Positions 10,338 through 20,880 of a stretch of DNA of 54,206 nucleotides are shown one piece after another. Numbering within the stretch: position 1 is the stretch's first letter; each line of letters begins with the position of its first letter. The notes beneath the pieces were generated by a model, which saw only the letters and a list, made by a program, of their open reading frames with translations, had not been told where the DNA came from and did not search any database. Both the position numbers and the translations under genes were made by a program. This DNA is from a virus (Duplodnaviria; Caudoviricetes), in IMG/VR virus record IMGVR_UViG_3300030104_006890, positions 1 to 54,206 of that record, one strand, 5' to 3'.

Positions 10338-10774
10338 AAGTTTAATTCCAATACTTGTCTCATTCTATCGTCTATTGGCCGTGGCATACTATCTTTATCA
10401 TAATAACCCCAATCAGAATGCTCAAAGTCTAACGTTGGTTCAGGTTTACCATCCATTTCTGCCTTGTATAACTTTATCATTCGATTATGTACGCCGTCTT
10501 TTATTGTACCTAAATATACTAAATTTTTAGGGTTAATGTCAAGCATTGTTTCTTCTTTTAATTCACGAGCAGCACCTTCACGAAAAGTTTCACCTTTCTC
10601 AATACCACCCATTGGAACTGCCCAAAAGTTTGGATATTTACCGGCAATCTCAGAACGTTTTACTAAAAGAACTTGTCCTTCAGAAACGATAGCTACACCA
10701 CCTACCTTTCGTAATGGTTTTGTTAAATGATAGTCTGTTTCGTTAATCAAATCTTTTAATTTTGGTATAGACAT
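10334..10774 (-). CDS. Nudix hydrolase
   Basis: Nudix box GGIEKGETFREGAARELKEETML; AGGAGA RBS. Confidence 0.93.
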   Translation of the reverse strand: MSIPKLKDLINETDYHLTKPLRKVGGVAIVSEGQVLLVKRSEIAGKYPNFWAVPMGGIEKGETFREGAARELKEETMLDINPKNLVYLGTIKDGVHNRMIKLYKAEMDGKPEPTLDFEHSDWGYYDKDSMPRPIDDRMRQVLELNL

Positions 10775-10791
10775 AGATATTCTCCTACATC

Positions 10792-10799
10792 TATAAATA
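10792..10799 (-). promoter_or_regulatory. Putative late promoter TATTTATA
   Basis: Intergenic, 17 nt upstream of the Nudix ATG. Confidence 0.6.
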
Positions 10800-10816
10800 T
10801 ATAAGTTTCAAAAGAA

Positions 10817-11293
10817 CTAAACTTCTAATGCTCTTCTAAACCAACCAAAGTAAAACTTCTCCAAGTCTGGTTTACGAGTTACTAAATCAGCATAATACTT
10901 GACACGATAAGCACGAACTCTGTCTAACTCAACACCTTCCATAGCACCTATTGTCTTAGGTCCTAATCCACCATCTACTTTTAGGTTTTTACCTTTAGCA
11001 TTGGCTGCTTTTTGTAGAATTTTTACAGCTCTACCTTTACCTTGATTTACACACATATCAAAATAAATATGTCTGAGTTCTTCAGGTAAACTTTCAACTT
11101 TATTACCATCCCAATAGTGTTCTTTATAGATTTCTTTTGCCCCATCTTTTGTGAGGTTTTTTATATCCACATCAGGATGACTTCTTTTGGCAATACCAAA
11201 ATTAGTTTCTCCACCTGGATCTTTCGGATCGTTTACATATCCACCCTCGTGGTGTAATACTATTTCTATTATTTCATCGAATTTAACTAACAT
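10817..11293 (-). CDS. Endolysin, glycoside hydrolase family 108 with peptidoglycan-binding C-terminus
   Basis: HEGGYVNDPKDPGGETNFGI motif, FDMCVNQG, VDGGLGPKT and FYFGWFRR. Start moved to the ATG at 11293. Confidence 0.9.
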   Translation of the reverse strand: MLVKFDEIIEIVLHHEGGYVNDPKDPGGETNFGIAKRSHPDVDIKNLTKDGAKEIYKEHYWDGNKVESLPEELRHIYFDMCVNQGKGRAVKILQKAANAKGKNLKVDGGLGPKTIGAMEGVELDRVRAYRVKYYADLVTRKPDLEKFYFGWFRRALEV

Positions 11294-11295
11294 AA

Positions 11296-11544
11296 CTACA
11301 TTCCTTCTGTGTTTGACCACTCACTTCCTGTTAATACATTTGATATTTGTGCGTGAGTGTATTCACTTGATTTTGAAGATAAACCAGCAACACTACTTGG
11401 TTGACTTCCTTCGTATTTTACAAAAGTTTTACTTCCACTAATGTTTAATCTTAATGTATTGACACTTGTTTCCATCACTTGTGAGAAGTCAATGCTTCCT
11501 GTTTCACTAGTGTTAAAAATTACATATTTTCTATTTTCATACAT
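11296..11544 (-). CDS. Small hypothetical protein at the end of the tail operon
   Basis: 82 aa ORF tightly packed in the operon. Confidence 0.75.
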   Translation of the reverse strand: MYENRKYVIFNTSETGSIDFSQVMETSVNTLRLNISGSKTFVKYEGSQPSSVAGLSSKSSEYTHAQISNVLTGSEWSNTEGM

Positions 11545-11546
11545 GA

Positions 11547-12275
11547 TTATACTCCAAACCTTGTTCGTTGAGCGTTAAAATTTTGTTTTATTTCTTCTAT
11601 CGTTAAAGCCCTATCGTATAAATGACAACATGCAAATACACCTTGTAGAAAATGTTGACCATTAGTATCAGAAGGATAATTATTATACATTATGGTTGTA
11701 TTGGATGCTGTGCTTAAATCAATATCACTTTGTGTTTGGTCTGTAGCAGTTCCTTCTAAAACATTATTTATGAATAATTTTACAGTTGCTCCTTGTTTTG
11801 TAGCCACAGTATTATACCAATTTCCTACGGCAAAATTACTACTTGATTGAAGTCTATCATGACCATCATCTTGATTGTAAGAACAATAAAATTTTGTGCC
11901 TGAATTTCCCCATCCTATTCCAAATCTTGAAAAACCATCTGTTTTATGAATGACAACCATTCTTGCTTCACCACTATGACTTCCATCAATATATCCCCAC
12001 CAAGAAATAGTTGCGTCTTGGGTTGATTGACATAAAAATTGTGTGTCTTCACCTGCAAGCATATAATCATTAGTGCCATCAAAACTTAAACCTTTTCTAT
12101 CGTTTTCTCCATAAGCAGTTCCAATAGAACCAACATTACCTATAGTTGCGTCCGCTTTATTAGTAGCTAAATCAGACACAGCTGTTGATAGATGTTGATA
12201 ACTATTTTGGTCAGCCATATCAATAGCATAAACCAATCCATCTTGTATTAAATCTGCTCCTGCTGAAACACCCAT
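11547..12275 (-). CDS. LamG/concanavalin A-like lectin domain virion protein
   Basis: DGLVYAID, FDGTNDY and YDRALTIEEIKQNFNAQRTRFGV motifs. Confidence 0.85.
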   Translation of the reverse strand: MGVSAGADLIQDGLVYAIDMADQNSYQHLSTAVSDLATNKADATIGNVGSIGTAYGENDRKGLSFDGTNDYMLAGEDTQFLCQSTQDATISWWGYIDGSHSGEARMVVIHKTDGFSRFGIGWGNSGTKFYCSYNQDDGHDRLQSSSNFAVGNWYNTVATKQGATVKLFINNVLEGTATDQTQSDIDLSTASNTTIMYNNYPSDTNGQHFLQGVFACCHLYDRALTIEEIKQNFNAQRTRFGV

Positions 12276-12277
12276 AT

Positions 12278-12979
12278 CTATATTCCAAACCTTGTTCGTT
12301 GAGCTTCAAAATTTTGTTTTATTTCTTGTGTCGTTAATGCTCTATCCCAAATACAAAAACTATATAAATCACCATCAAATTGTTGACTAGCGTATAGTGT
12401 ACCACTTGAATATAATTGACCAATGTGTACATGGTCAATTGTTTGAGCATTATTAAACCAAAACGCATTATCTGCTGTATAATCCAAATTACCATTTAAA
12501 TATAGTTTTCCATCACTATTACCACAAATATTATAAATTCTACCAGTAGATAATACAGTACCTACATTTACATGTTCCCTTGTAGCGGCACCATATGAAC
12601 CCCAAAACCAATCACCATCTGCCATAAGACTAAGATGATATTTATTAGAATTCCAATCGGATGATTTTTGCCCCATAGTTAATAAATATCTATTTCCTGA
12701 AGCGTTATCATATTGAAACCAAAGACTAAATGTACCTGTACTTTGAGCTTGTAGTGTTGGAGCCAAATTATTCCACTCACAACGAGATGGATTTGTACCA
12801 GTAAAATCAAATGAAGTTAATTTTCCAGCAGAAGTAAAATTTACATTACTCATTGAACTTGTATGATTAGTATTTACTAAACTTTGCCAATTAGCACCAC
12901 TACCAGGATAACTATTTTTATCTAAAGCATCTACTGTAAATATTAAACCATCAGTCGTGAAATTTGTAGAACCTATCAT
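12278..12979 (-). CDS. LamG/concanavalin A-like lectin domain virion protein
   Basis: DGLIFTVDA, SYPGSG and WDRALTTQEIKQNF motifs. Confidence 0.85.
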   Translation of the reverse strand: MIGSTNFTTDGLIFTVDALDKNSYPGSGANWQSLVNTNHTSSMSNVNFTSAGKLTSFDFTGTNPSRCEWNNLAPTLQAQSTGTFSLWFQYDNASGNRYLLTMGQKSSDWNSNKYHLSLMADGDWFWGSYGAATREHVNVGTVLSTGRIYNICGNSDGKLYLNGNLDYTADNAFWFNNAQTIDHVHIGQLYSSGTLYASQQFDGDLYSFCIWDRALTTQEIKQNFEAQRTRFGI

Positions 12980-13665
12980 ATTCCAAACCTTGTTCGTTGA
13001 GCGTTAAAGTTTTGATTGATTTCTGCCACCGATAAAGCCCTATTGTATATACGAAGTGGTCCTAATAGTCCACCATAACGATATGCATTCGTAGCGTAAG
13101 CACCAATCAGCGTATCAGTTACACTACCTACTCCCATAGTATTGCCACTACTTGCTGAGTGTTGGCCATCAGCTGCGCCATTTATAAAAAAAGTAATAGT
13201 TGTTCCACTTCTATGTAGAACAGCACAATTCCAATCTCCTTCTGAACCTAAAGATGTACTGTTTTTAACACCATTTACCACATTATAAGAAGCAGAACCA
13301 TTATTACTTTGATAAACTTCTAATTTACTATCTCTAGCATAAACCTGACAACCATTTCCTAATGAAAAGACACCCTCATAATCAGTACCAGCATTATTTG
13401 TAAACCAAAATTCCAAAGAATATGAGCTAGTTGTTAGTTCTGTTGGTATGTAATTTGCATAAACAAGATAATCATCACTACCATCAAAGTTTATATGTTT
13501 AGATGGAGAAGTTCCTATTGTTGGACCATTGGTCAATGTACCACTTTTACTACGAATCAAATCTGTAACGGTAGTTCCACTACCAGGATAACTATTATTA
13601 TCGGCAACATCAACATAAAAATGTAAACCATCAGTTACTATTGGTCCTCCAAAACTATAACCCAT
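12976..13665 (-). CDS. LamG/concanavalin A-like lectin domain virion protein
   Basis: IVTDGLHFYVD, FDGSDDY and YNRALSVAEINQNF motifs. Start moved to the ATG at 13665. Confidence 0.85.
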   Translation of the reverse strand: MGYSFGGPIVTDGLHFYVDVADNNSYPGSGTTVTDLIRSKSGTLTNGPTIGTSPSKHINFDGSDDYLVYANYIPTELTTSSYSLEFWFTNNAGTDYEGVFSLGNGCQVYARDSKLEVYQSNNGSASYNVVNGVKNSTSLGSEGDWNCAVLHRSGTTITFFINGAADGQHSASSGNTMGVGSVTDTLIGAYATNAYRYGGLLGPLRIYNRALSVAEINQNFNAQRTRFGI

Positions 13666-13666
13666 A

Positions 13667-14395
13667 TCAAACCCCAAACCTTTGTTTTTGTGCGTTATAG
13701 TTTTGTAATACTTCACCTGCTGATAGTGCTCTATTATATACCAGTGCAGGTCCAAATTGCCCATTCACATATCGTACTTCTGCGCCAGATGCATCTGGAC
13801 CACTTCCTATTATAAAGCTAACATCATTATTATCAATATCACCAGTATGAGCATGTGGTGTGCAATTTAACACGCCATTAAGATAAATCCTATCATAACT
13901 TCCATCATAAGTAGCAGTAAGACAATACCATACACCTGATTGCCATGTCCCATTATCCCAGGCAACATAATTATTAGTACCACCAGTCCAGTTTTGGTAA
14001 TAAATTAAACCATCGCCATTATAACCCATAATTTCATAACTTCTATTACTTGTACCAACAGCATCCCTACCTATAAGTTGACAACTTGGTGTGCCATTTG
14101 TATCAAAATTTACCCAAATAGATAAAGTAATCGTTGAAGTAATATCTAAAGAAGTATCATCCCCATGATTTGAGCGATCATCTGTACCATCAAAGTCAAA
14201 AACCCCACCATTAGAGGTACTAAAAGTTGGGCTACCAGATAATGTTCCATCATTTTCAAAACCACTTAAATCAAACCAAGTCGTTCCAGTTCTCGGATAA
14301 CTTTTTTTATAAGCTGGATCCCAATAACCAACTAAGCCAGTTGTTTGAATATTATTATTTACTTGTCCACCCAATCCAGCTGAGATTCCTGGCAT
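13667..14395 (-). CDS. LamG/concanavalin A-like lectin domain virion protein
   Basis: GLVGYWD, FDFDGTDD and YNRALSAGEVLQNY motifs. Start moved to the ATG at 14395 (TAATG overlap). Confidence 0.85.
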   Translation of the reverse strand: MPGISAGLGGQVNNNIQTTGLVGYWDPAYKKSYPRTGTTWFDLSGFENDGTLSGSPTFSTSNGGVFDFDGTDDRSNHGDDTSLDITSTITLSIWVNFDTNGTPSCQLIGRDAVGTSNRSYEIMGYNGDGLIYYQNWTGGTNNYVAWDNGTWQSGVWYCLTATYDGSYDRIYLNGVLNCTPHAHTGDIDNNDVSFIIGSGPDASGAEVRYVNGQFGPALVYNRALSAGEVLQNYNAQKQRFGV

Positions 14396-17300
14396 TATGT
14401 TAAATCTCCCATGAGGTCCCACTCATTATCATCTACTTTCTTTAAGGTAGCAGATGAAAATTGACCAGCAAGATTCATGTTATTATTTTTAACATTTACG
14501 GTAACTCCACTTGCACTTTCAAATAAAAAGTTTCCTGCAGAAGATGTTTGAAAAAAGTCCCATTCAGTCCCAATTGGAGCATATAAGGAGCCAGTGGAAT
14601 CATTGATTATTCCTGAGCCTGTAAAATTAACATTAGCAGCTATCGAACAAGTTATGTTACCACCAACTCTAAAGTAAAATCCACTATTATTTGTAGTACA
14701 TGTAAAATCAGAATTTTGTTTTACAATAGGTCTGTAACCTCTAAGATTACCATCAACATAACCAAATACATTAATGTCTTGTTGGACATCCATTGAACCA
14801 AATAAATTAACTTGTCCTGACATATCAAGTGTATTTGCAGAAGCAGTAAGTTGTGAATTTCTAAAATTTGCACCTGTTTTACCATTTCCAAAAGTAAATT
14901 CATGTATTTTTTCACCACCTGTACCTACGACATACATTTTACTGTTATCAGGTTTTATAAAAAACCCACGAGGAGCACTTTCAACTGCATTTACCGAGAG
15001 TGTCTGTATCTTTCTAGCAGTGCTAATATCCCAATTTTTTGATAAATCGTATTGGACTATTTCATCATCACCTGAAGCTAGAATAAACATTTGACTTCCA
15101 TCACCTGTAAATTTTAAATCTGTACAAGTATCATGTTCTGGAGGCAATCGTAATTCATTTTCTTGTTTTAAAGAATTAATATTAAAAAGAGAGCCTGTTA
15201 CCGCATATTGTTGAATGGTATCTCTAGAGTATCCCATGAGATAAAATTTTGTTCCATCTGGTTTAACAACAATTCCACTCGGTTGGGATTCATCATCACC
15301 ACCAGCAATTTTATTTGAATCCATTACTCTTTCATGAGTGGCAGTAGTAATATCAAAAGGAGTTGATAATCTGAATGAATTGATTCCATCATCATCAGCA
15401 CCAACGATAAACAAATAAGAACCATCCATAGACAAGTTCATCGCATATGCACCACCCTCAAATGAAGATATGCTAAATTCACCTTTTTTTGTTGTATCTA
15501 AACTGCTAACATCCCAAGGAATCGATAAGTCATATTGATAAATCTTATCAACACTAGTATCATCCATTAATATTACTCTTCTTCCATCAGGCCTGAAGTG
15601 TATGCTGTAAATATCACCAATAGTTTCTGGATCTGCAGAAGATTGTTTAAATTCTGCGGTCGATAAATCAATTGGACTTGATATACTTGAATCAGTAAAT
15701 TTAAAACTACTAGATACAGCAATTAATCCATGTGTAAATTCTGGTTCTGTTTTAAATGTTGGTGTTTGTCTTAAAATTACATTTCCATATACATCTAAAT
15801 CTCCATAAACATCAGTAGAAGAAGCAATAGTAAATTTGTTACGAGCTAAAGAGCTGGTTGTATTAGCGTCAGGTAATTTAAAAACTTGAACTTCATCAGC
15901 AATTGAACCACCAGTATAAAATTTCTTTTGGTCATATGAAAGATATATCATGTATGGAGTTGTTTCACCCGAATCAGTTCCAACATTGAAAGTTGATTTA
16001 ACCCTAGCAGTGCTAATATCCCAATTTTTTGATAAATCGTATTGGACTATTTCATCCTTTTGGTAACCAATAACAAACATTTGACTTCCATCACTTGTAA
16101 ATTGTATACCTGATGGACTAGTTTCTTCTTGTAAAACTGGTAATTCATGTTCTTGTTTTAAAGTATGAATATCAAAAACAGAGCCTGTTACAGCATATTG
16201 CTGAATAGTATCTTCATCATATCCAACAACAAAAACTTTTGTTCCATCTGGTTTCCAAACAATTCCTGAAGGAGTGCTTTCATCTGAACCACCATCAATG
16301 AGATTGGAATCCATTGATTTTACAAAAGTCGGTTCATCTTTAGGTAACCTCCAAGGTATGTCAACACTATATTCTGATATTCCATCCCTGGCACTACCAA
16401 CCAACCAAAATCTTAATCCATCAGGATGCCACCACATTCCTAATGGACTGCTTTCGTTACTTGAAAGATTTGGCGTCTTCGATTCATATTCTTGTGTTCT
16501 CAAATCAAACGGAGTTTTTAAAGAAAATTGATAAATTGTTCTACCACTACTACCATCTAATGTCATTAAAGTTTTACCATCTGGTGAAATAGCCATGTCC
16601 CAAAGATAACTTCCATGTGAGACTCCACCATCAAATCCATAACCAGATGCATAACCACCATCTTTTGAACCATACTCAAATAATAATTTTGTAATATCAA
16701 TTGGATTTGATATACTAGAAGCTTTAATGCTACCAGTTTCACTAATTAATCCATGTTCAAAATTTGGTTCTGTATCAATTATTGGTGATTGTCTTAAAGT
16801 TAATTTTCCATATACATCTACATTACCGTATATGTCAGTATTAGTTGAGATGTTAAGACGGTCTAGTGAAGAACTATGATTATATAGTGACTCATCAAAT
16901 TCAAAAACTTGAACTTCATCAGCAACTGAACCACCAGTATAAAGTCTGTTTTGGTCATACGAAAGATATATCATGTATGGATTTGTTTCTCCTGAATCAG
17001 TTCCAATATTAATACTTTCTTTAAATCTGGCAGTGCTAATATCCCAATTTTTTGATAATTTATATCTTACCAATTCATCCTTTTGGTAACCAATAACAAA
17101 CATTTGACTTCCATCACTTGTAAATTGTATACCTGTTGGAGTAGTCTCTTCTTGTAAAACTGGTATTTCATGTTCTTGTTTTAAAGCGTGGATATTAAAA
17201 TTATTATTAGAGCCTGTTACCGCATATTGTTGAATGGTATCTTTCTCGTATCCAACAACAAAAACTTTTGTTCCATCTGGTTTCCAAACAATTCCTGAAG

Positions 17301-20300
17301 GAGTGGTTTCTTCTCTACCGCCATCAATTAAATTTGAATCCATTGATTTTACAAAAGTCGGTTGATCTGTACCTAAAGTCCAAGGTATGTCAACACTATA
17401 TTCTGATATTCCATCTAATGTACTACCAACCAACCAAAATCTTAATCCATCAGGATGCCACCACATTCCTAATGGACCGGTTTCGTTTGTTGAAAAAGTA
17501 CCAGTCGATTTTACATATTGTTGTGTTCTCAAATCAAACGGAGTTTTTAATTCAAATTGATAAAGTGTTCTACCGCTACCACCATCTAATGTTATTAAAG
17601 TTTTACCATCTGGTGAAATGGCCATGTCCCAAAGATAACTTCCATGTGCGACTCCACCATCAAATCCATAACCAGATGCATAACCACCATCTTTTGAACC
17701 ATATAAAAAACGAAGACTACTAAGTTTTAATTCTTTAGTAACACCATTCAAGTACATACTAGAACTTTGCATTGTAATTGGTGTATTTATATTTACATCG
17801 GCTTTAGGACTTAATTCTAGTGAACTAGAAATTTTTAAATAACTACTCTCTTTAAAATCAAAATCACTAGACTCTACTTTTACATCACCAGTTATCGTTG
17901 TGGTGCTTACTCTACGAGAACCACTTATGGTATAAACATTAATTTCATCTGCACCTGAACCACCAATATAAATTTCACTATTATCAGGTCTTAAAAACAT
18001 ACAAAACGGATTACTTTCTTCAGTAGAAGTATCGTATACTCCGATATGTCTTGCCGTACCAACATCCCATGATTGTGATAAATGATATTGATTTATTTCA
18101 TCGTCTTGAGTACCAACAACAAACATTTGAGTTCCAGTTTTATCAAAATGAACATCCTGAGGAGCATTTTCTTGAGCATCAACATCAAATTCTTTTATAA
18201 AATTTAAAGCACCGATATCAAAAGCAGAGCCTGTTGTGTGATATTGCATTACTGTTTCTCTAGAACCACCAATAATATAAACTCTTGTGCCATCTGGTTT
18301 CCAAAAAACTCCTCTTGGTGTAGTTTCATCTCCAATATTATTTGCAATCAAGTTATTATCCATTGATTTTATAAAAGTTGGTTGATCTTTACCTAAAGTC
18401 CAAGGTATGTCAACGGCATATTCTGATATTCCATCTAATGTACTACCAACCAACCAATATCTTAATCCATCAGGATGCCACCACATTCCTAATGGACCGG
18501 TTTCGTTTGCTGAAAAAGTACCAGTCGATTTTACATATTGTTGTGTTCTAACATCCCAAGGAGTTTTTAATTCAAATTGATAAAGTGTTCTACCGCTACT
18601 ACCGTTCAACACCATTAAAGTTTTACCATCTGGTGAAAAAGTTATGCCATAAAGATAACTACTGATATTAACACTACCATCAAATCCATAACCAGATGCA
18701 TAACCAGCATCTTTTGAACCATACTGATGGGTTATGGAGTTTATGTCAATATTATCACCACTTGGTCCTATAAAGTCTGCTTGTAGAGTGCCAGACACTA
18801 TATGTAAAGAGCCTGACCTTATTGTGATATTGTCTACAAACGAACCCGTTAAGTCACCAGCTGCTTTAACTAAAATTCCACCTTGAGTTGTACCAGCTCC
18901 AAATAAACCAGAACCACCAGTTGCTTGTCCACCAGCTGCAGCAGCTGCAACCCATTTGCTTCCATCCCAAGTTAATACTTCATCACTACTTGGACTATCT
19001 TGACCTATCTTTGTTACATTACCTGAACCATCGAATGTTATTGCAGCAGTTCCACCAGCTTCTTTTAAAGAGCCACCATCGTCAAGTATTATATCACCAT
19101 TGACAGTTAATGTACTACCATCAAATGTTAAGTTAGCTTCACCATCCAACTCTGTTGTGGTTGAACCTATGGTCACAAGTCTGTTTGCAGTTTGATTGTT
19201 TAGTGCTGTAATAGTTCCACCGCCACCACCACCACCAAAACCAGCAGCTGCAGCAGATGAAGAAACTGCCGTATCAAAATTAACTCCACCTTTCATTATA
19301 TGACCAAATGAACCAGTTGATGTTGATGAACCACTTATTTTATTTGTAGTAACTTCTAATTGTAAAGCTCCGCCAGCAGTAAAACCAATCTTATCAGCAG
19401 CACTACGATACATACCTGTATCAGTATCACCTCTAAATGTATAATTTGGTGTTCCTACAGCACCAGCTCCAGTTTTAATATTAAAACCACCAGTTGTATT
19501 ATAGAATAAAGTTGAAACTCCAAAATCTATCTGTGAAGATGTATTTGCTCTAAATACAGTATTACCACCTCTTGTGAAATATACATCATCGTCAGCAGTT
19601 TCATAGAAACCTGTATCGCCATCCCCAAATAAAATACCATTTGCCAAACTGCCTACAGTTGGAATTTGTAAACCACCATGTGCTTCTACTCTACCAAACG
19701 AACCAGTTGAAGTTGATGAGCCACTTATTGTGGTGGTTGTAAATTTAGCAATAGAGCCGGTTATCTCTAAGTAGTTATAATTGTTATAAGCTGTACCAGC
19801 TCCAATTCTCGTTGCGGTGCCAGAACCAAGTGTTCTGATTATGTAAGTACCATCATTACTTAATATATGTTGTCCACCATCGGTATCAGTCGTGCTAAAG
19901 GTATCATTACCGAAAACCATACCATAGACATTAGTATCGTCTACTGTGAGTTTCAACAACATGGAGTTAGATGTTCCGTCATCTTCTATTTCTAAACGAG
20001 CTACTGGTGTGCTTGTTCCAATGCCAAAATCACCACCTTTGATAAATGAATCATCACCTTCAATCAATCTTATTTGACTACCAACTTCTAATTTACCAAA
20101 CGAACCCGTTGAGGTTGCTGAACCGCTTATGTTTCCAACGATATTTATATTACCAGTGCCAGTTACATCATTGGAGTTTAAATCTAAATCTCCACCAAGT
20201 TGTGGAGTTGTATCTTCAACCACATTAGAAATACCACTTCCACCACCACTTCCACCTGCAGCAAGAGAAGCAGATGTAAATGTTCCACCACCAACTTCAA

Positions 20301-20880
20301 GTTGACCAAATGAAGCAGTTGATGTTGATGAACCACTTATGTTTCCACTACTATCTACAATGACTTGACTACTGAATGGTCCTAATGTAACTTTATTATC
20401 ACTAAATGCTTCAATGACAGGTAAACCAGCAACCGTATTTGCACTAAATAAACTACCAGTCATCTGGTCTGTAACACTAAACAATCTACCATTGTTTCCA
20501 TCTACAGCAACAACTAAAGATTGTGATAATATATGAGTATCGGTAAAACTAGTATCTGTAATGTGTAATGAAGCACTCGTAGGTACTGTTGTGCCACTTA
20601 TAATTAATGAACCTGATAAACTAATACCACCATTACCTATAATGTTTTTAGAATTTAAATCTAGATTACCACCAAGTTGTGGAGTTGTGTCTTCAACCAC
20701 ATTTGAGATGCCACTTCCACCGCCGCCACCAGTTCCAAATCCACTAGCAGCAGCAGATGATGACACTGCAGTATCAAAATTATCTCCACTAACTATAAGA
20801 TGACCAAAAGAACCTGTCGTATTAGCAGATCCACTTATTTGACCACTTGCCGTAATATGTGATGATGCAATAATAGGCAT
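14395..20880 (-). CDS. Tail fibre/adhesin (2161 aa) with four tandem beta-propeller-like modules
   Basis: Gly/Ser-rich N-terminal shaft with SGSxTSTGSFG repeats; repeated SPDGK/HPDG/KPDGTK...PWD/NWDIST blades. Confidence 0.8.
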   Translation of the reverse strand: MPIIASSHITASGQISGSANTTGSFGHLIVSGDNFDTAVSSSAAASGFGTGGGGGSGISNVVEDTTPQLGGNLDLNSKNIIGNGGISLSGSLIISGTTVPTSASLHITDTSFTDTHILSQSLVVAVDGNNGRLFSVTDQMTGSLFSANTVAGLPVIEAFSDNKVTLGPFSSQVIVDSSGNISGSSTSTASFGQLEVGGGTFTSASLAAGGSGGGSGISNVVEDTTPQLGGDLDLNSNDVTGTGNINIVGNISGSATSTGSFGKLEVGSQIRLIEGDDSFIKGGDFGIGTSTPVARLEIEDDGTSNSMLLKLTVDDTNVYGMVFGNDTFSTTDTDGGQHILSNDGTYIIRTLGSGTATRIGAGTAYNNYNYLEITGSIAKFTTTTISGSSTSTGSFGRVEAHGGLQIPTVGSLANGILFGDGDTGFYETADDDVYFTRGGNTVFRANTSSQIDFGVSTLFYNTTGGFNIKTGAGAVGTPNYTFRGDTDTGMYRSAADKIGFTAGGALQLEVTTNKISGSSTSTGSFGHIMKGGVNFDTAVSSSAAAAGFGGGGGGGTITALNNQTANRLVTIGSTTTELDGEANLTFDGSTLTVNGDIILDDGGSLKEAGGTAAITFDGSGNVTKIGQDSPSSDEVLTWDGSKWVAAAAAGGQATGGSGLFGAGTTQGGILVKAAGDLTGSFVDNITIRSGSLHIVSGTLQADFIGPSGDNIDINSITHQYGSKDAGYASGYGFDGSVNISSYLYGITFSPDGKTLMVLNGSSGRTLYQFELKTPWDVRTQQYVKSTGTFSANETGPLGMWWHPDGLRYWLVGSTLDGISEYAVDIPWTLGKDQPTFIKSMDNNLIANNIGDETTPRGVFWKPDGTRVYIIGGSRETVMQYHTTGSAFDIGALNFIKEFDVDAQENAPQDVHFDKTGTQMFVVGTQDDEINQYHLSQSWDVGTARHIGVYDTSTEESNPFCMFLRPDNSEIYIGGSGADEINVYTISGSRRVSTTTITGDVKVESSDFDFKESSYLKISSSLELSPKADVNINTPITMQSSSMYLNGVTKELKLSSLRFLYGSKDGGYASGYGFDGGVAHGSYLWDMAISPDGKTLITLDGGSGRTLYQFELKTPFDLRTQQYVKSTGTFSTNETGPLGMWWHPDGLRFWLVGSTLDGISEYSVDIPWTLGTDQPTFVKSMDSNLIDGGREETTPSGIVWKPDGTKVFVVGYEKDTIQQYAVTGSNNNFNIHALKQEHEIPVLQEETTPTGIQFTSDGSQMFVIGYQKDELVRYKLSKNWDISTARFKESINIGTDSGETNPYMIYLSYDQNRLYTGGSVADEVQVFEFDESLYNHSSSLDRLNISTNTDIYGNVDVYGKLTLRQSPIIDTEPNFEHGLISETGSIKASSISNPIDITKLLFEYGSKDGGYASGYGFDGGVSHGSYLWDMAISPDGKTLMTLDGSSGRTIYQFSLKTPFDLRTQEYESKTPNLSSNESSPLGMWWHPDGLRFWLVGSARDGISEYSVDIPWRLPKDEPTFVKSMDSNLIDGGSDESTPSGIVWKPDGTKVFVVGYDEDTIQQYAVTGSVFDIHTLKQEHELPVLQEETSPSGIQFTSDGSQMFVIGYQKDEIVQYDLSKNWDISTARVKSTFNVGTDSGETTPYMIYLSYDQKKFYTGGSIADEVQVFKLPDANTTSSLARNKFTIASSTDVYGDLDVYGNVILRQTPTFKTEPEFTHGLIAVSSSFKFTDSSISSPIDLSTAEFKQSSADPETIGDIYSIHFRPDGRRVILMDDTSVDKIYQYDLSIPWDVSSLDTTKKGEFSISSFEGGAYAMNLSMDGSYLFIVGADDDGINSFRLSTPFDITTATHERVMDSNKIAGGDDESQPSGIVVKPDGTKFYLMGYSRDTIQQYAVTGSLFNINSLKQENELRLPPEHDTCTDLKFTGDGSQMFILASGDDEIVQYDLSKNWDISTARKIQTLSVNAVESAPRGFFIKPDNSKMYVVGTGGEKIHEFTFGNGKTGANFRNSQLTASANTLDMSGQVNLFGSMDVQQDINVFGYVDGNLRGYRPIVKQNSDFTCTTNNSGFYFRVGGNITCSIAANVNFTGSGIINDSTGSLYAPIGTEWDFFQTSSAGNFLFESASGVTVNVKNNNMNLAGQFSSATLKKVDDNEWDLMGDLT
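14890..18720 (-). repeat. Four intragenic copies of a roughly 800-bp propeller module (boundaries approximate)
   Basis: Long near-identical DNA stretches, such as ccatcaaatccataaccagatgcataacc near 16630, 17660 and 18680. Confidence 0.85.
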
